Assembly (NCBI GenBank): GCA_025362295.1
Contig: JANYGX010000010.1
Coordinates: forward strand, 26,388 to 90,387
DNA length: 64,000 nucleotides
Direction of reading: 5' to 3'
Origin: Sphingomonadales bacterium
GTDB lineage: Bacteria; Pseudomonadota; Alphaproteobacteria; Sphingomonadales; Sphingomonadaceae
Below are positions 9,649 through 17,941 of the stretch, one piece after another. The translations under genes were made by a program, and so were the position numbers. The notes under the pieces were generated by a model. That model searched no databases. It saw nothing but the letters and a program-made list of their open reading frames with translations, and was not told the DNA's origin. Position 1 is the stretch's first letter. Every line of letters begins with the position of its first letter.

Positions 9649-11889
9649 CTAAAGCGTCACATTCACCGCGCCACCCGGACCGACCGCAGCACTCAGTTGT
9701 TGCACGGTGATCATCACCCCACTGACACTGGCCCCAAAATCCATGCTCTGATCCGCCCGCGCATAGGTCCAGCCCGGCGCAGTAACATCGACAACGCGCC
9801 GGACCACACCGCCAAGCGATACCGTGATCCGGTAGCGCTCACTTTCTTCCGCCAGCGGCACGTCGGTGCCGTCAAGCCAGGCAAAGCCATCGCGGCTGCG
9901 GCGGATCCAGCTGAGAGCGATATCACCGCTGGCACCCGTTGCGGCGTTCAGCCGGACAGGCGAGAGCGGCCGCAAGGCTTTACCCTGCACAAGGGTTGTT
10001 TGCGGTGTTACATCGCCAAGCGCGTTGCCAGGGCTGAGCGCTTTCCAAGTTTGGGTCGTGCCAACCGCCGACAGTGGCAGATTGAGGGCAATATCCGGCA
10101 GCGGACTGAGCAGGACAAACGGTTCACCCACCGCATGGCTGGATAGTGCATTGTCTGTGCCGCGCAAACCGCGCAGCAAGCCGGACAGGCGAAACTGGCC
10201 CGCCGCCAAAACAGTGACCGTGCGAAAGGCCAGCAGCTCTGATCCCAGCACAGCGAGATTGGCACCGGCAAGCACAGCCGCTGCTGAGCTGTTCAGCAGT
10301 GTATCGGTGCCGGCAACCAGTGCCACATCAACGGTGTTGTTCTCGTCCCAAAATCCGCTGGCACCAGCCGATAGCCGTGTCAACGCCGAGCCAAGTGGTG
10401 TTGGCCGCGAGACTGTTGCCGCTTGCGCGTAGCTGGTGCCGCCATCCTGCGACCACCAGACACCCGCCCGCCGCCAGCCAGGCAGCGGGCCGCTTGCCGC
10501 CACATAAAGCCGCGCGGCTTTTGGCACACTGGCCTCAATTGGCGGGAGATCGAGCACGGCCAGCACGGTTGGTCCATTGGGCGCACCAACTTGTGCCACA
10601 CCAGCCCCACCATCCGCGACCGCATTGCTGATGCCGTCCGCCGTTTGCAGCGGCTTCAGGCCAAGTGTCACCCCGCCTTCCTCAATCGCTACAGACGTGA
10701 CTTGCCACAATGCCCCCGGTTGCTCTGCCCAACCCAGAGTGTCCCCGGGCCGCACATCGGACCATGCTGGCCCCAGCCGCATCTCCAGCCGGTCACGCTC
10801 GCGCCAGCTGCGCGCCAGGCTCACCTCGGCCAGATTTTTGGCATCAACAGCTGCAAGCACGGCTGGCACGTCAAAGGTTTTTTTAGAGAGATAGCCGCCG
10901 TCCCGCCGCCGCGCCCGTTGCAGGCCGGTCTGATAATCGCGTGCCGGATCGAGAAAGCGCAACTGCAGCTCGCGCGGCAAAGCCTCGGCCGCTTGCCGGT
11001 CTTTGCGCAAGGCTGGCTTGCTACGATTGCCATCAGGCGGAAAGGCACCAAGATTGGCGACACCTGGCAGCACCCGCGCAGCGCCTTGTGTCACGGCCCG
11101 CACATTGAGCGTGCCGTCGTGCCCGTCGCTCACCATCGGTTTGATGCCACCAACCGCTTCAAGCACCGAGCGTGCCGTTGTATCCTGCGCCACGATAAAA
11201 CCGCTGACACCGCCCTCTGGCCCGCTCACGGCGCGCTTCCGCACATTGCACCTGGCGATCACATCATCAACCAGCGTTGTGAACGCCACTTGCGGGCCAC
11301 TGTCTGCAATCACCTCAAACGTCAGATTGGGAATCCGGTTGGCAAAGTCAGCCAGCGGCAGTTCCTCAAGCACAACATAAGCCATGCCCCGGTGCGCGGG
11401 GGCCTGCGCCATGCCAAGTGCGGCCTGCAGCAGCGCATCCGGCATTTGGTTTTCGCTGCCTGTGTAAAGCCGCAACGAACCACCCGGCATCAGCGTGCTG
11501 CCATCACCTGAAATCAGTTTGCCATCGGCCCAGATGCGCGCAATGCCGGCAATGGCACGGCCACTCAGGCCAACGGCAAAAGAGGCCGCGTAGGTATAGC
11601 TGTTTGTGCTGCCCGCACTTTGCTTGCCGCCTTGCGCCTGATCGGCCCGTCGCTCGATCAACCCCGTTGACCAGATGACATTGCCCGCCACCCGCACACG
11701 ACCATACACACGCGGCACAACTTCACCGTATGTTGCAGCCTGCACAGACAGATCTTTAAGGCGCGGACCATCATTGGATGACCCACCAAGAATGGCATGA
11801 TCAATAGAGGACCCAACAAACGCGCCAATCGCCTGACCAAGTGGACCAGCGACATAGTTGCCGACAGCCGAAAGAATGAGAGTTGCCAT
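9649..11889 (-). CDS. GTA g15-like host-specificity / baseplate 'megatron' homologue (short form)
   Basis: 746 aa. The N-terminus MATLILSAVGNYVAGPLGQAIG...YGRVRVAGNVIWSTGL...IARIWADGKL...LRLYTGSENQMPD...HRGMAYVVLEELPLADFANRIPNLTFEV matches the recalled g15 / lambda-J-like N-terminal module. It continues straight into a Phage-tail_3-like region. Confidence 0.7.
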   Translation of the reverse strand: MATLILSAVGNYVAGPLGQAIGAFVGSSIDHAILGGSSNDGPRLKDLSVQAATYGEVVPRVYGRVRVAGNVIWSTGLIERRADQAQGGKQSAGSTNSYTYAASFAVGLSGRAIAGIARIWADGKLISGDGSTLMPGGSLRLYTGSENQMPDALLQAALGMAQAPAHRGMAYVVLEELPLADFANRIPNLTFEVIADSGPQVAFTTLVDDVIARCNVRKRAVSGPEGGVSGFIVAQDTTARSVLEAVGGIKPMVSDGHDGTLNVRAVTQGAARVLPGVANLGAFPPDGNRSKPALRKDRQAAEALPRELQLRFLDPARDYQTGLQRARRRDGGYLSKKTFDVPAVLAAVDAKNLAEVSLARSWRERDRLEMRLGPAWSDVRPGDTLGWAEQPGALWQVTSVAIEEGGVTLGLKPLQTADGISNAVADGGAGVAQVGAPNGPTVLAVLDLPPIEASVPKAARLYVAASGPLPGWRRAGVWWSQDGGTSYAQAATVSRPTPLGSALTRLSAGASGFWDENNTVDVALVAGTDTLLNSSAAAVLAGANLAVLGSELLAFRTVTVLAAGQFRLSGLLRGLRGTDNALSSHAVGEPFVLLSPLPDIALNLPLSAVGTTQTWKALSPGNALGDVTPQTTLVQGKALRPLSPVRLNAATGASGDIALSWIRRSRDGFAWLDGTDVPLAEESERYRITVSLGGVVRRVVDVTAPGWTYARADQSMDFGASVSGVMITVQQLSAAVGPGGAVNVTL

Positions 11890-11902
11890 AATGTGATCCT
11901 GA

Positions 11903-11935
11903 TAAAAATCCTCCCCTGCTAGGGGAGGATTTTTC
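11903..11935. terminator. Perfect bidirectional intrinsic-terminator hairpin between the g14 and g15 homologues
   Basis: AAAAATCCTCCCC-TGCTA-GGGGAGGATTTTT: 9-10 bp GC-rich stem with A5 upstream and T5 downstream, so a stem plus U-tract forms on either strand. Confidence 0.7.
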
Positions 11936-12029
11936 CTTAACTTAATATCGATGAGTCTGTACTGGGGTAATGTGCTGGCCTATAAACCCATCCACCCGAT
12001 TACTGTGGCAATCTCGACTGAACCCCCGA

Positions 12030-12446
12030 CTAAACTATGGAAAACCGGTAGGCTCCCACCAGCCTTAAACTCCACGTTTCATCCAGATCATGCTCGACCA
12101 CGCGGCGAAACCGGATATCGGCATGAATGACACCAGCCCCAGTGGCAATGCCGAGATGGAGCGGCGTGCCACCAGCCGTGAACCGCAGCACATCCCCCGC
12201 CATAATCTCTGTAAAGCCAAGGGGTATCAGCTGCGCTGCCAGCAGCGCATCATCCAGGCGCGCAGGATTTTCTGTCAGACGGTAGTCTGCGTCTGTATTG
12301 TCGGCAAACCCGACGGCGCGCGCGGCAAACAGCACCAACCCGATACAATCAAGTCCGGTTGCTGGATCACGGCCCTGCAAGCGGAACGGCGCACCAACAC
12401 ACGACCGGGCGGCTTCAACAATTTTTTCACCTGGTATTTTAGCCAT
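12030..12446 (-). CDS. GTA g14-like NlpC/P60 (C40) cell-wall peptidase
   Basis: 138 aa. GRDPATGLDCIGLVLFAARAVG (catalytic Cys context) and ...GAGVIHADI (His). Overlaps the g13-like stop. Confidence 0.8.
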   Translation of the reverse strand: MAKIPGEKIVEAARSCVGAPFRLQGRDPATGLDCIGLVLFAARAVGFADNTDADYRLTENPARLDDALLAAQLIPLGFTEIMAGDVLRFTAGGTPLHLGIATGAGVIHADIRFRRVVEHDLDETWSLRLVGAYRFSIV

Positions 12447-13290
12447 TGGGATATCTCACCAGAGAATCGAGGCCAGGCACAAAAGGCTCGCCGCGAAAAT
12501 TCAACCGATTGTAAAATTTGTTGATGCAGCTGTCCTGTCGCTTGTCACAGCCAGCCGTGATGTCCAGCCGATCACCCACTTGCAGGCCAAGGCGGGGTGG
12601 TGCACGCAAACCAATTTGTATCGACGCCCCTGCCGACCCTGATGTCAGAATTTCGCCTTCATCGCTATCGTTGTTGCCAGACAGCCAGCGCACCCGCCCA
12701 TAAGCCAGATAACCGGCAAGCTGAAAATAACCGCTCACTGGCGCTGTGACCAAAAAGTTTTGCATGTCAATAACACGGGTGATGACCGCCTTGAATTTAT
12801 AAGGTTGCAGGTTAACACGGCACCGCGCATCGCCAAGCTCGGCTCGGCATTCCGGCGAATAGAGTTCCACAACCGGTGCGTCCAAGGCATCGGTAAGGCC
12901 GCGCACTTCAACAGAGAATTTTTTGTCTTCCTCACGCACGGTGCCAAAATGACCGGAAGAGAGCGCCACGCTGCCAGCATCCGGCTGCGACCAATCCACT
13001 AGAAACAAGCGAATTTCCGCACCATCAAAACGCCCAGCGCTAAGATCGCTGGCTTCAATCGCTGCATGGCTGAGCACACCGGCAAGTTCAATGGTATCGA
13101 CGGAAAACCCTGCCGACATGACCAGCGCACTGGGTGAGAACGAGGGTGTGGCCAGATAGCGCTGGCCATCGATGATAATATCGCGGTCGTGGTTGGTAAA
13201 ACCCAACACCACGCCGTCGCGCCGGCCAATACGCCAGCACAAAGCCGTGCTGGTGAGCGGGCCTGCGAGAAGATCAGTGATGGTTGTCAT
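12439..13290 (-). CDS. GTA g13-like hub protein (DUF2163 + BR0599 C-terminal domain)
   Basis: 283 aa. N-terminus LTSTALCWRIGRRDGVVLGFTNHDRDI. C-terminus CDKRQDSCINKFYNRLNFRGEPFVPG matches the recalled Phage_BR0599 motif. Confidence 0.8.
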   Translation of the reverse strand: MTTITDLLAGPLTSTALCWRIGRRDGVVLGFTNHDRDIIIDGQRYLATPSFSPSALVMSAGFSVDTIELAGVLSHAAIEASDLSAGRFDGAEIRLFLVDWSQPDAGSVALSSGHFGTVREEDKKFSVEVRGLTDALDAPVVELYSPECRAELGDARCRVNLQPYKFKAVITRVIDMQNFLVTAPVSGYFQLAGYLAYGRVRWLSGNNDSDEGEILTSGSAGASIQIGLRAPPRLGLQVGDRLDITAGCDKRQDSCINKFYNRLNFRGEPFVPGLDSLVRYPNG

Positions 13291-13378
13291 GATGGTGGCT
13301 CTCTATAATTAATATTTTAAATTTTTTCCTCCCCCCTTGCGGGAGAGAGGCAGAAAAAAACAGAGCGACGCTGGCCAA

Positions 13379-15709
13379 TCATTCCCTGATTTCCACAATC
13401 GGCACAGAAGCACTATCACCTGCCCGAAACGTGCTTGCCGAAACACTCAGCTGATCATCTTGAAACCGCACGGGCACATCGAACTGAAACCCGGCTGTGA
13501 TATTTTTACCGGCTGGAGGCGCCAGCGTAAAACTGATCAACCCGCCTGCGCCGAGCGCCCAGCCTGCATTCATCAGGGCACCGTCAACAGCGACCAGAAC
13601 GCTGGAAGCCACTGGCCGCGTGATGAACCGCACTGCTGCACCGTAATGCTTTGCCAATGGAAACGTTGTTGTGGTACCGTCGCCAAGGCCGATCGTCTGA
13701 TCCAGTGCTGTCACGGGCGCACCAAGGGCTGATGAAGTGTTATCAAGCGGATCGGTATAGCGAAAGCCGCGTGCACGCCCTTGGCGAGCCTCGAAAAAAG
13801 CCAGCAGCACAGCAAGATCAGCGTCTGATCGAATGCCGGGGGCGGCATCATAAACATGCCGCGCTTGCGCCCAGTTGATGTTGCGACTCTCATAGCCTGA
13901 GGTTGTCTCGACCACAGTGGTTGAAAATTGCGGGCCACCGGATGCCTTGCGGCCCAGCGCCAGTGGAAAAAGTATATCATCAAAGCCGTTCATATCTGTC
14001 TCCGTTTTATAAAGGGTAAAGCCATCGCGGTTGATTTGTGGCAGTGCCCAGATATAGCGGTTGCGCGCAAAGCTGGCGTTGGTTGCCACACGATCAATGA
14101 GGCCCCACTGCGCACGGCTGGCAGCATTCAAAACAAACCCGGCAAAATAATCTGTGCGGCTGTTTGGATAGCCCAGCCGTGTCTGCATCAAGGCAACACT
14201 TTGGGCATGGGCCGCAGCGTTGCCACTGGTGACAAACTCATAATCTTCCAGTTGTACCGCGTCGAATGCTGGCCAGGCCCAGCCGGTTGGAATGTTAGCG
14301 GGCAGCAACACAGCCGCTGCATCGGCGATAATTTGCGGGGTATAAATCAGCAGCGTCACCTCAGTGCCTGGCGCCTGCGTTTTAAAAGTGTTTTTAAGCG
14401 CAACCGTGGCCGCCGCCAACTGCGCACCGCACCACGTGACAAACGCCAGCTGGTCGGCGCTCAGGTTTTGCGTGACACTGGTGATGAACGCTGGCACCGG
14501 CTTGCCCGTGGCCGCAGGATACGCCGCCAGCACACTGGCATCGTAAAAACATGGTTTGCGATTTGCGCCAAGGCCAGACCACCACCACGGTTCACCAATC
14601 TGGGCTGTAAAGGTGATCGGAAAACTTTGCGCCAGACTGATAAATTGCAAAAATACTGTCTTGATGTAAGCCATGGCCGCTGTGTTCACTGGCGACAGCA
14701 GTGTTGACGGCGGGGTGTAGCCCGTGAGCGCCGGTGTGTTATCAAAAGCGCTTTGCTTCCACGCCAGCGGTGCCACCGCATCAAACAGTTCGAACGAAAC
14801 GGCAATGCCGACACCAAGACCATGCAGGGCCAGGCTTGCAAAAAAAGCTTGATGCCAGCTCACGCACGCGCCGTTCAGCACCTGCGGTGTGCTTGCCACG
14901 ATATAACGGCTTTCGCTGGCCGACCATTGCAGCGCATAATAATGGCTTTCGCCGACATAGTGATCGACCGCACCACGGTAGCCAAGCGCATGCAGGCCCT
15001 CAACCACACGCTGCGGGTTTTGATTGTACACATCATCGTAACCCGTTGCTGTGCGGTAGCCGTGCGGCGGTATGCGGCCATCGCCCATCGCCAGTCCCGA
15101 CATCGCCCCGACACAGCGCATGTTTGTCAGGGACACCGTCGCAAACGCTGGACCGCCAGCTATTGGCACGTCCATCGTTGCATCATAATCCACCGGCACC
15201 AGCGAGATGAACATGCGGTCGATATCACCGGTATACACTGGATCAGCGTTGCTGATGAGGTTGAAGCCGCCAACCATGGCATCAAAATCTAGCGCTATCG
15301 CTGCACTGGTGTTCGTGCCTGTCGCATAGTTCCAGAGCCGCACATACCAGACATGGGGCACACCGTTTGCATCGCGGCCCTCGATGGTGAGTGTTGGCCC
15401 GTTGATCGCGTCGAGCGGCTTCAGGTTACCGGTCTGGTCCCACTGGAACGACCATTTGAGGCCGCGATAATCCGTGTTTGTGGCATAGGCCAGAAGCGGA
15501 TGATCGATACTGTCAGCCGACCACCAGATCAGCCCAGCGAGATCTTTCTTGCTGACAAACACACACGCCACCTGCAAGGCATCAGCGGCCAGATTGTAAA
15601 CTGCTGCCGACATCGGGCGGGCAAAATCCACCGTCCAGTAGCGCGGATCGAAACGCTCGATTGTGGTCGTGCGCTGCTGGTCGTCAGCCGTTGCAAGCCA
15701 GTAGCTCAT
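13379..15709 (-). CDS. Fusion ORF: N-terminal region of about 560 aa (unassigned, possibly TIM-barrel/glycosidase-like) + C-terminal GTA g12 distal-tail (DUF2460/TIGR02217) domain
   Basis: 776-aa uninterrupted ORF. The last ~215 aa (MNGFDDILFPLALGRKASGGPQFSTTVVETTSGYESRNINW...FFEARQGRARGFRYTDPLD...) are a typical full-length g12. The preceding ~560 aa have no counterpart in canonical g12. Start overlaps the TMP stop. Confidence 0.7.
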   Translation of the reverse strand: MSYWLATADDQQRTTTIERFDPRYWTVDFARPMSAAVYNLAADALQVACVFVSKKDLAGLIWWSADSIDHPLLAYATNTDYRGLKWSFQWDQTGNLKPLDAINGPTLTIEGRDANGVPHVWYVRLWNYATGTNTSAAIALDFDAMVGGFNLISNADPVYTGDIDRMFISLVPVDYDATMDVPIAGGPAFATVSLTNMRCVGAMSGLAMGDGRIPPHGYRTATGYDDVYNQNPQRVVEGLHALGYRGAVDHYVGESHYYALQWSASESRYIVASTPQVLNGACVSWHQAFFASLALHGLGVGIAVSFELFDAVAPLAWKQSAFDNTPALTGYTPPSTLLSPVNTAAMAYIKTVFLQFISLAQSFPITFTAQIGEPWWWSGLGANRKPCFYDASVLAAYPAATGKPVPAFITSVTQNLSADQLAFVTWCGAQLAAATVALKNTFKTQAPGTEVTLLIYTPQIIADAAAVLLPANIPTGWAWPAFDAVQLEDYEFVTSGNAAAHAQSVALMQTRLGYPNSRTDYFAGFVLNAASRAQWGLIDRVATNASFARNRYIWALPQINRDGFTLYKTETDMNGFDDILFPLALGRKASGGPQFSTTVVETTSGYESRNINWAQARHVYDAAPGIRSDADLAVLLAFFEARQGRARGFRYTDPLDNTSSALGAPVTALDQTIGLGDGTTTTFPLAKHYGAAVRFITRPVASSVLVAVDGALMNAGWALGAGGLISFTLAPPAGKNITAGFQFDVPVRFQDDQLSVSASTFRAGDSASVPIVEIRE

Positions 15710-16272
15710 GCGCGTGACCCCGCTTGTTCAAGCGAGCGCCGCACGGCGGCGGCAATCTGCCCAGCACTGCGCGCCATGATGCGCGGCTCAGCCGCACCGC
15801 CCGTCACATTGACCGTGATCGCCACAGTCTGTTTGGCGGCTGCGCCGTTCGGCTGAACGCTGCCAGCGCCTTGCGGGATGAACAGCTCAGGGCCGCGCTC
15901 GCCGACAATATAGGGCTGACCGCTGGTGACTGCACCACCGCCAGTGCGGCCGGGCAAGCCGACAGCGCCAAGCAGCGATGACACCAGACTGCTCCCGACA
16001 CCACCACTGCCAAACAGGCTACCAAGGCCAGACTTCAGCGCGCTTGAGGCAATATCGGCAAGCACGCCAAGGGCTACTTTTTTGAAACTGTCAAAACTCA
16101 GCGAACCGGTTTTGACAAACTGTTCAAAGGCGCTGGTCAGGCGCTTACCAGTCGATTGACCAGCCACATCGAGCAGGTTTAAATCCTCTTTGGCTTTTTT
16201 GAGGTTTTGCGACAGTGCCGTGGTGTCGGCCTTCACCGCCACCACCAGGGTATCAAGGGTTGTTTCAGCCAT
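15706..16272 (-). CDS. GTA g11-like short tail tape measure protein
   Basis: Start trimmed to MAETTLDTLVVAVKADTTALSQNLKKAKEDL. C-terminal block GGGAVTSGQPYIVGERGPELFIPQGAGSVQP is the recalled TMP/g11 motif. Confidence 0.75.
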   Translation of the reverse strand: MAETTLDTLVVAVKADTTALSQNLKKAKEDLNLLDVAGQSTGKRLTSAFEQFVKTGSLSFDSFKKVALGVLADIASSALKSGLGSLFGSGGVGSSLVSSLLGAVGLPGRTGGGAVTSGQPYIVGERGPELFIPQGAGSVQPNGAAAKQTVAITVNVTGGAAEPRIMARSAGQIAAAVRRSLEQAGSRA

Positions 16273-16483
16273 GGGGAGCATCCGGAAAAAGTGTGATGAG
16301 TTTATGAAGATCGGTGCGCGTGACGCCATGCTCAGGCACAATGCCCAAACTCTCGCACCAGCCATGCCAAGCGAGTTGCACCTCGCGTGGTGTCAGTTGC
16401 CAGAAATCAGCTGGTGACCAGCCGCGCACGCCACACGCCCATTTCAAATGATTGTGTGCGTGTTTGCCAAAGCTGTCAGACAC
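16265..16483 (-). CDS. GTA g10.1-like tail assembly chaperone (rcc01693 family)
   Basis: 72 aa with WSPADFWQLTPREVQLAW. GTG start overlaps the g10 stop (GTGTCTGA). Confidence 0.7.
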   Translation of the reverse strand: MSDSFGKHAHNHLKWACGVRGWSPADFWQLTPREVQLAWHGWCESLGIVPEHGVTRTDLHKLITLFPDAPHG

Positions 16484-16781
16484 CGCCGAGCGCCTGTTGC
16501 ATCACTGCACGGAACACGGGCGTGAGCTGTGCAAGGCCAGCCTTCATGCAGGCCTCGCAAAACACATCCTGAAACAGCGTGGCTGATTTGGGTTCAACAC
16601 AGCACCAGAGCACAGTGACAAGCGATTGCAACGACAGCCGTCCATCACTGGCGGCATCAATAACCGCAAACAATGGCCCGACGGATTGCTCGGCGGCAAC
16701 CAGATTCGCATAGCTTGGTATGAGTGTATAGGTGGTGGTACCAAGCACCAGCGCCACCTCACCGCGGCTCATGTTGATCAT
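16476..16781 (-). CDS. GTA g10-like tail assembly chaperone
   Basis: 101 aa. RGEVALVLGTTTYTLIPSYANLVAAEQ...LQSLVTVLWCC is typical of the 'gene transfer agent family protein' found after the tail tube gene. Confidence 0.7.
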   Translation of the reverse strand: MINMSRGEVALVLGTTTYTLIPSYANLVAAEQSVGPLFAVIDAASDGRLSLQSLVTVLWCCVEPKSATLFQDVFCEACMKAGLAQLTPVFRAVMQQALGGV

Positions 16782-17187
16782 GACCCAAAGCTCACAGCAC
16801 CGGTCGATTGCAAAGTCATCGTGTAGGTGCGCTCGCCGTTGTAATCACCGGCAAAATCGAGCTTGGTGATGAAGAATTTACCGCGCAACGTGTCGCTGCT
16901 TTCAAACATCACGCTATAATCATCGACAACACTGCTGAGCGCATTGTTGCGCGCACGCAGTTCGGCCGCAGAATTCATAAATTACCCGAGCCTGTTAACG
17001 TCACACTCTTAAGCCCTGCGCCTGAGAGAATTTCACTCCAGCCGCCAGAGTTTTTGGTCGTGATATCAACCGGATTGGCATTGATGGCAAGCGTTGTGGC
17101 ACGCAAGCCCGCAATGGTCGTGTAGTTGGGTGGCAAGGCCCCATCGCCGATTTTCAAGAGAAAAGCCGAGCCTTTTTCAGCTGACAT
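16778..17187 (-). pseudogene. Major tail (tube) protein, TP901-1/g9 family, split by a 1-nt frameshift
   Basis: ORF 16975-17187 (MSAEKGSAFLLKIGDG...TIAGLRATTLAINANPVDITTKNSGGWSEIL...LTGSGNL*) and ORF 16778-16978 (MNSAAELRARNN...FFITKLDFAGDYNGERTYTMTLQSTGAVSFGS) together make one ~136-aa g9. The frames differ by 1 nt at GGTAATTTATGAATTC. Confidence 0.75.
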
Positions 17188-17229
17188 AGAATGTTCCTTT
17201 ATGTTGGGAGAGTGGTGAGTGGTTTATGG

Positions 17230-17260
17230 AAAAAAGCTAGATACCAGCCGGCTTTGGTAT
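17230..17260 (-). terminator. Terminator-like hairpin between the g8 and g9 homologues
   Basis: The minus strand reads CATACCAAAGCCGGCTGGTATCTAGCTTTTTTCC: 6-7 bp stem, then a 5-nt spacer and T6. Confidence 0.4.
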
Positions 17261-17285
17261 GACGCCTAAATATTAAAGTGCGCAC

Positions 17286-17684
17286 TCAGGTCGCAAAGAT
17301 CCGCACACGAAATTCAATAATGCCGTGGTGTGTCAGCCCGTCAGGATCAACCAGATTGATCGCCTGCAAAAACCGCAGCGAAATCAGTTTGAAACCGGCA
17401 ACCGCAAACGGCGTCGCAAGTGCAGCCTGCACCAGGGCCATCAGTTGCTTGGCCTCTTGCCGACCGGCCTTGCGTGACCAGATGTGCACGCTGATGCGGT
17501 GCTCGCTTGCCGCCACATCCTTGGTCGAATAATCCACCACCACATCATCGCCAATCGACACATAGGGCAAGGCTTGATCCTGCGGCGGCATATCGAACAC
17601 ACCGGTGATTACAGCGCCAAGCGGTGCAGACGCCACCAGCGCCCCATAAACCGCTTGCTGCAAGGCAAGGGATGCAGCGGTCAT
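17286..17684 (-). CDS. GTA g8-like tail terminator (DUF3168)
   Basis: 132 aa. LQQAVYGALVASAPLGAVITGVFDMPPQDQALPYVSIGDD...ISVHIWSR is a typical DUF3168 pattern. Confidence 0.7.
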   Translation of the reverse strand: MTAASLALQQAVYGALVASAPLGAVITGVFDMPPQDQALPYVSIGDDVVVDYSTKDVAASEHRISVHIWSRKAGRQEAKQLMALVQAALATPFAVAGFKLISLRFLQAINLVDPDGLTHHGIIEFRVRIFAT

Positions 17685-17941
17685 AGCACACCGCCGGTGC
17701 GTATAGCGCTGATGGACTGGGTGATCAGCCGCAATTCCGGCTGGTGCACCGTGCCAAATTCGCGCTGCGGCCCGAGTGTGCCGCTGGCCAATACAACATA
17801 ACCATTGCCGCGTTCCTCTATGCTCAGCGCTGCCGCATTGCCACCGCGTGATATCACTTCGCTAACAATACGGTTAGCAAGCGCAAACGCCCTTTTTTTT
17901 GTAGCTTCAACGGCCTTTCGTTCGAGACTGAAATCGATCAT
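17681..17941 (-). CDS. HK97 gp10-like tail-completion protein (not recalled in the canonical RcGTA set)
   Basis: Start trimmed to MIDFSLERKAVEATKK (ATGA overlap with the upstream stop). REFGTVHQPELRLITQSI resembles the EFGT....PFL.PA gp10 motif. Confidence 0.45.
   Translation of the reverse strand: MIDFSLERKAVEATKKRAFALANRIVSEVISRGGNAAALSIEERGNGYVVLASGTLGPQREFGTVHQPELRLITQSISAIRTGGVL

Noticed and set aside
10423-11511. 362-aa plus-strand ORF antisense to the g15-like gene. Similar cases are 13928-14707 (259 aa), 25143-25844 (233 aa), 62825-63556 (243 aa) and 59593-60171.
   Set aside because: The sequences are Arg/His/Pro/Cys-rich and low in complexity, with no recognisable motifs. They lie fully inside well-supported genes on the other strand, which is typical of shadow ORFs in GC-rich DNA.
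13322-13360. The hairpin between g12 and g13 acting as an intrinsic terminator.
   Set aside because: The imperfect stem is flanked by T6 upstream and A7 downstream on the plus strand, and equivalently on the minus strand. No U-tract follows the stem in either direction. It is kept only as a member of the repeat family.
16970-16990. Programmed ribosomal frameshift as an explanation for the split tail tube gene (and likewise for the capsid at 20925-20965).
   Set aside because: There is no X XXY YYZ slippery heptamer and no obvious downstream stimulatory structure. Tube and capsid proteins are not known to need frameshifting. A mutation or a homopolymer sequencing error is more parsimonious.
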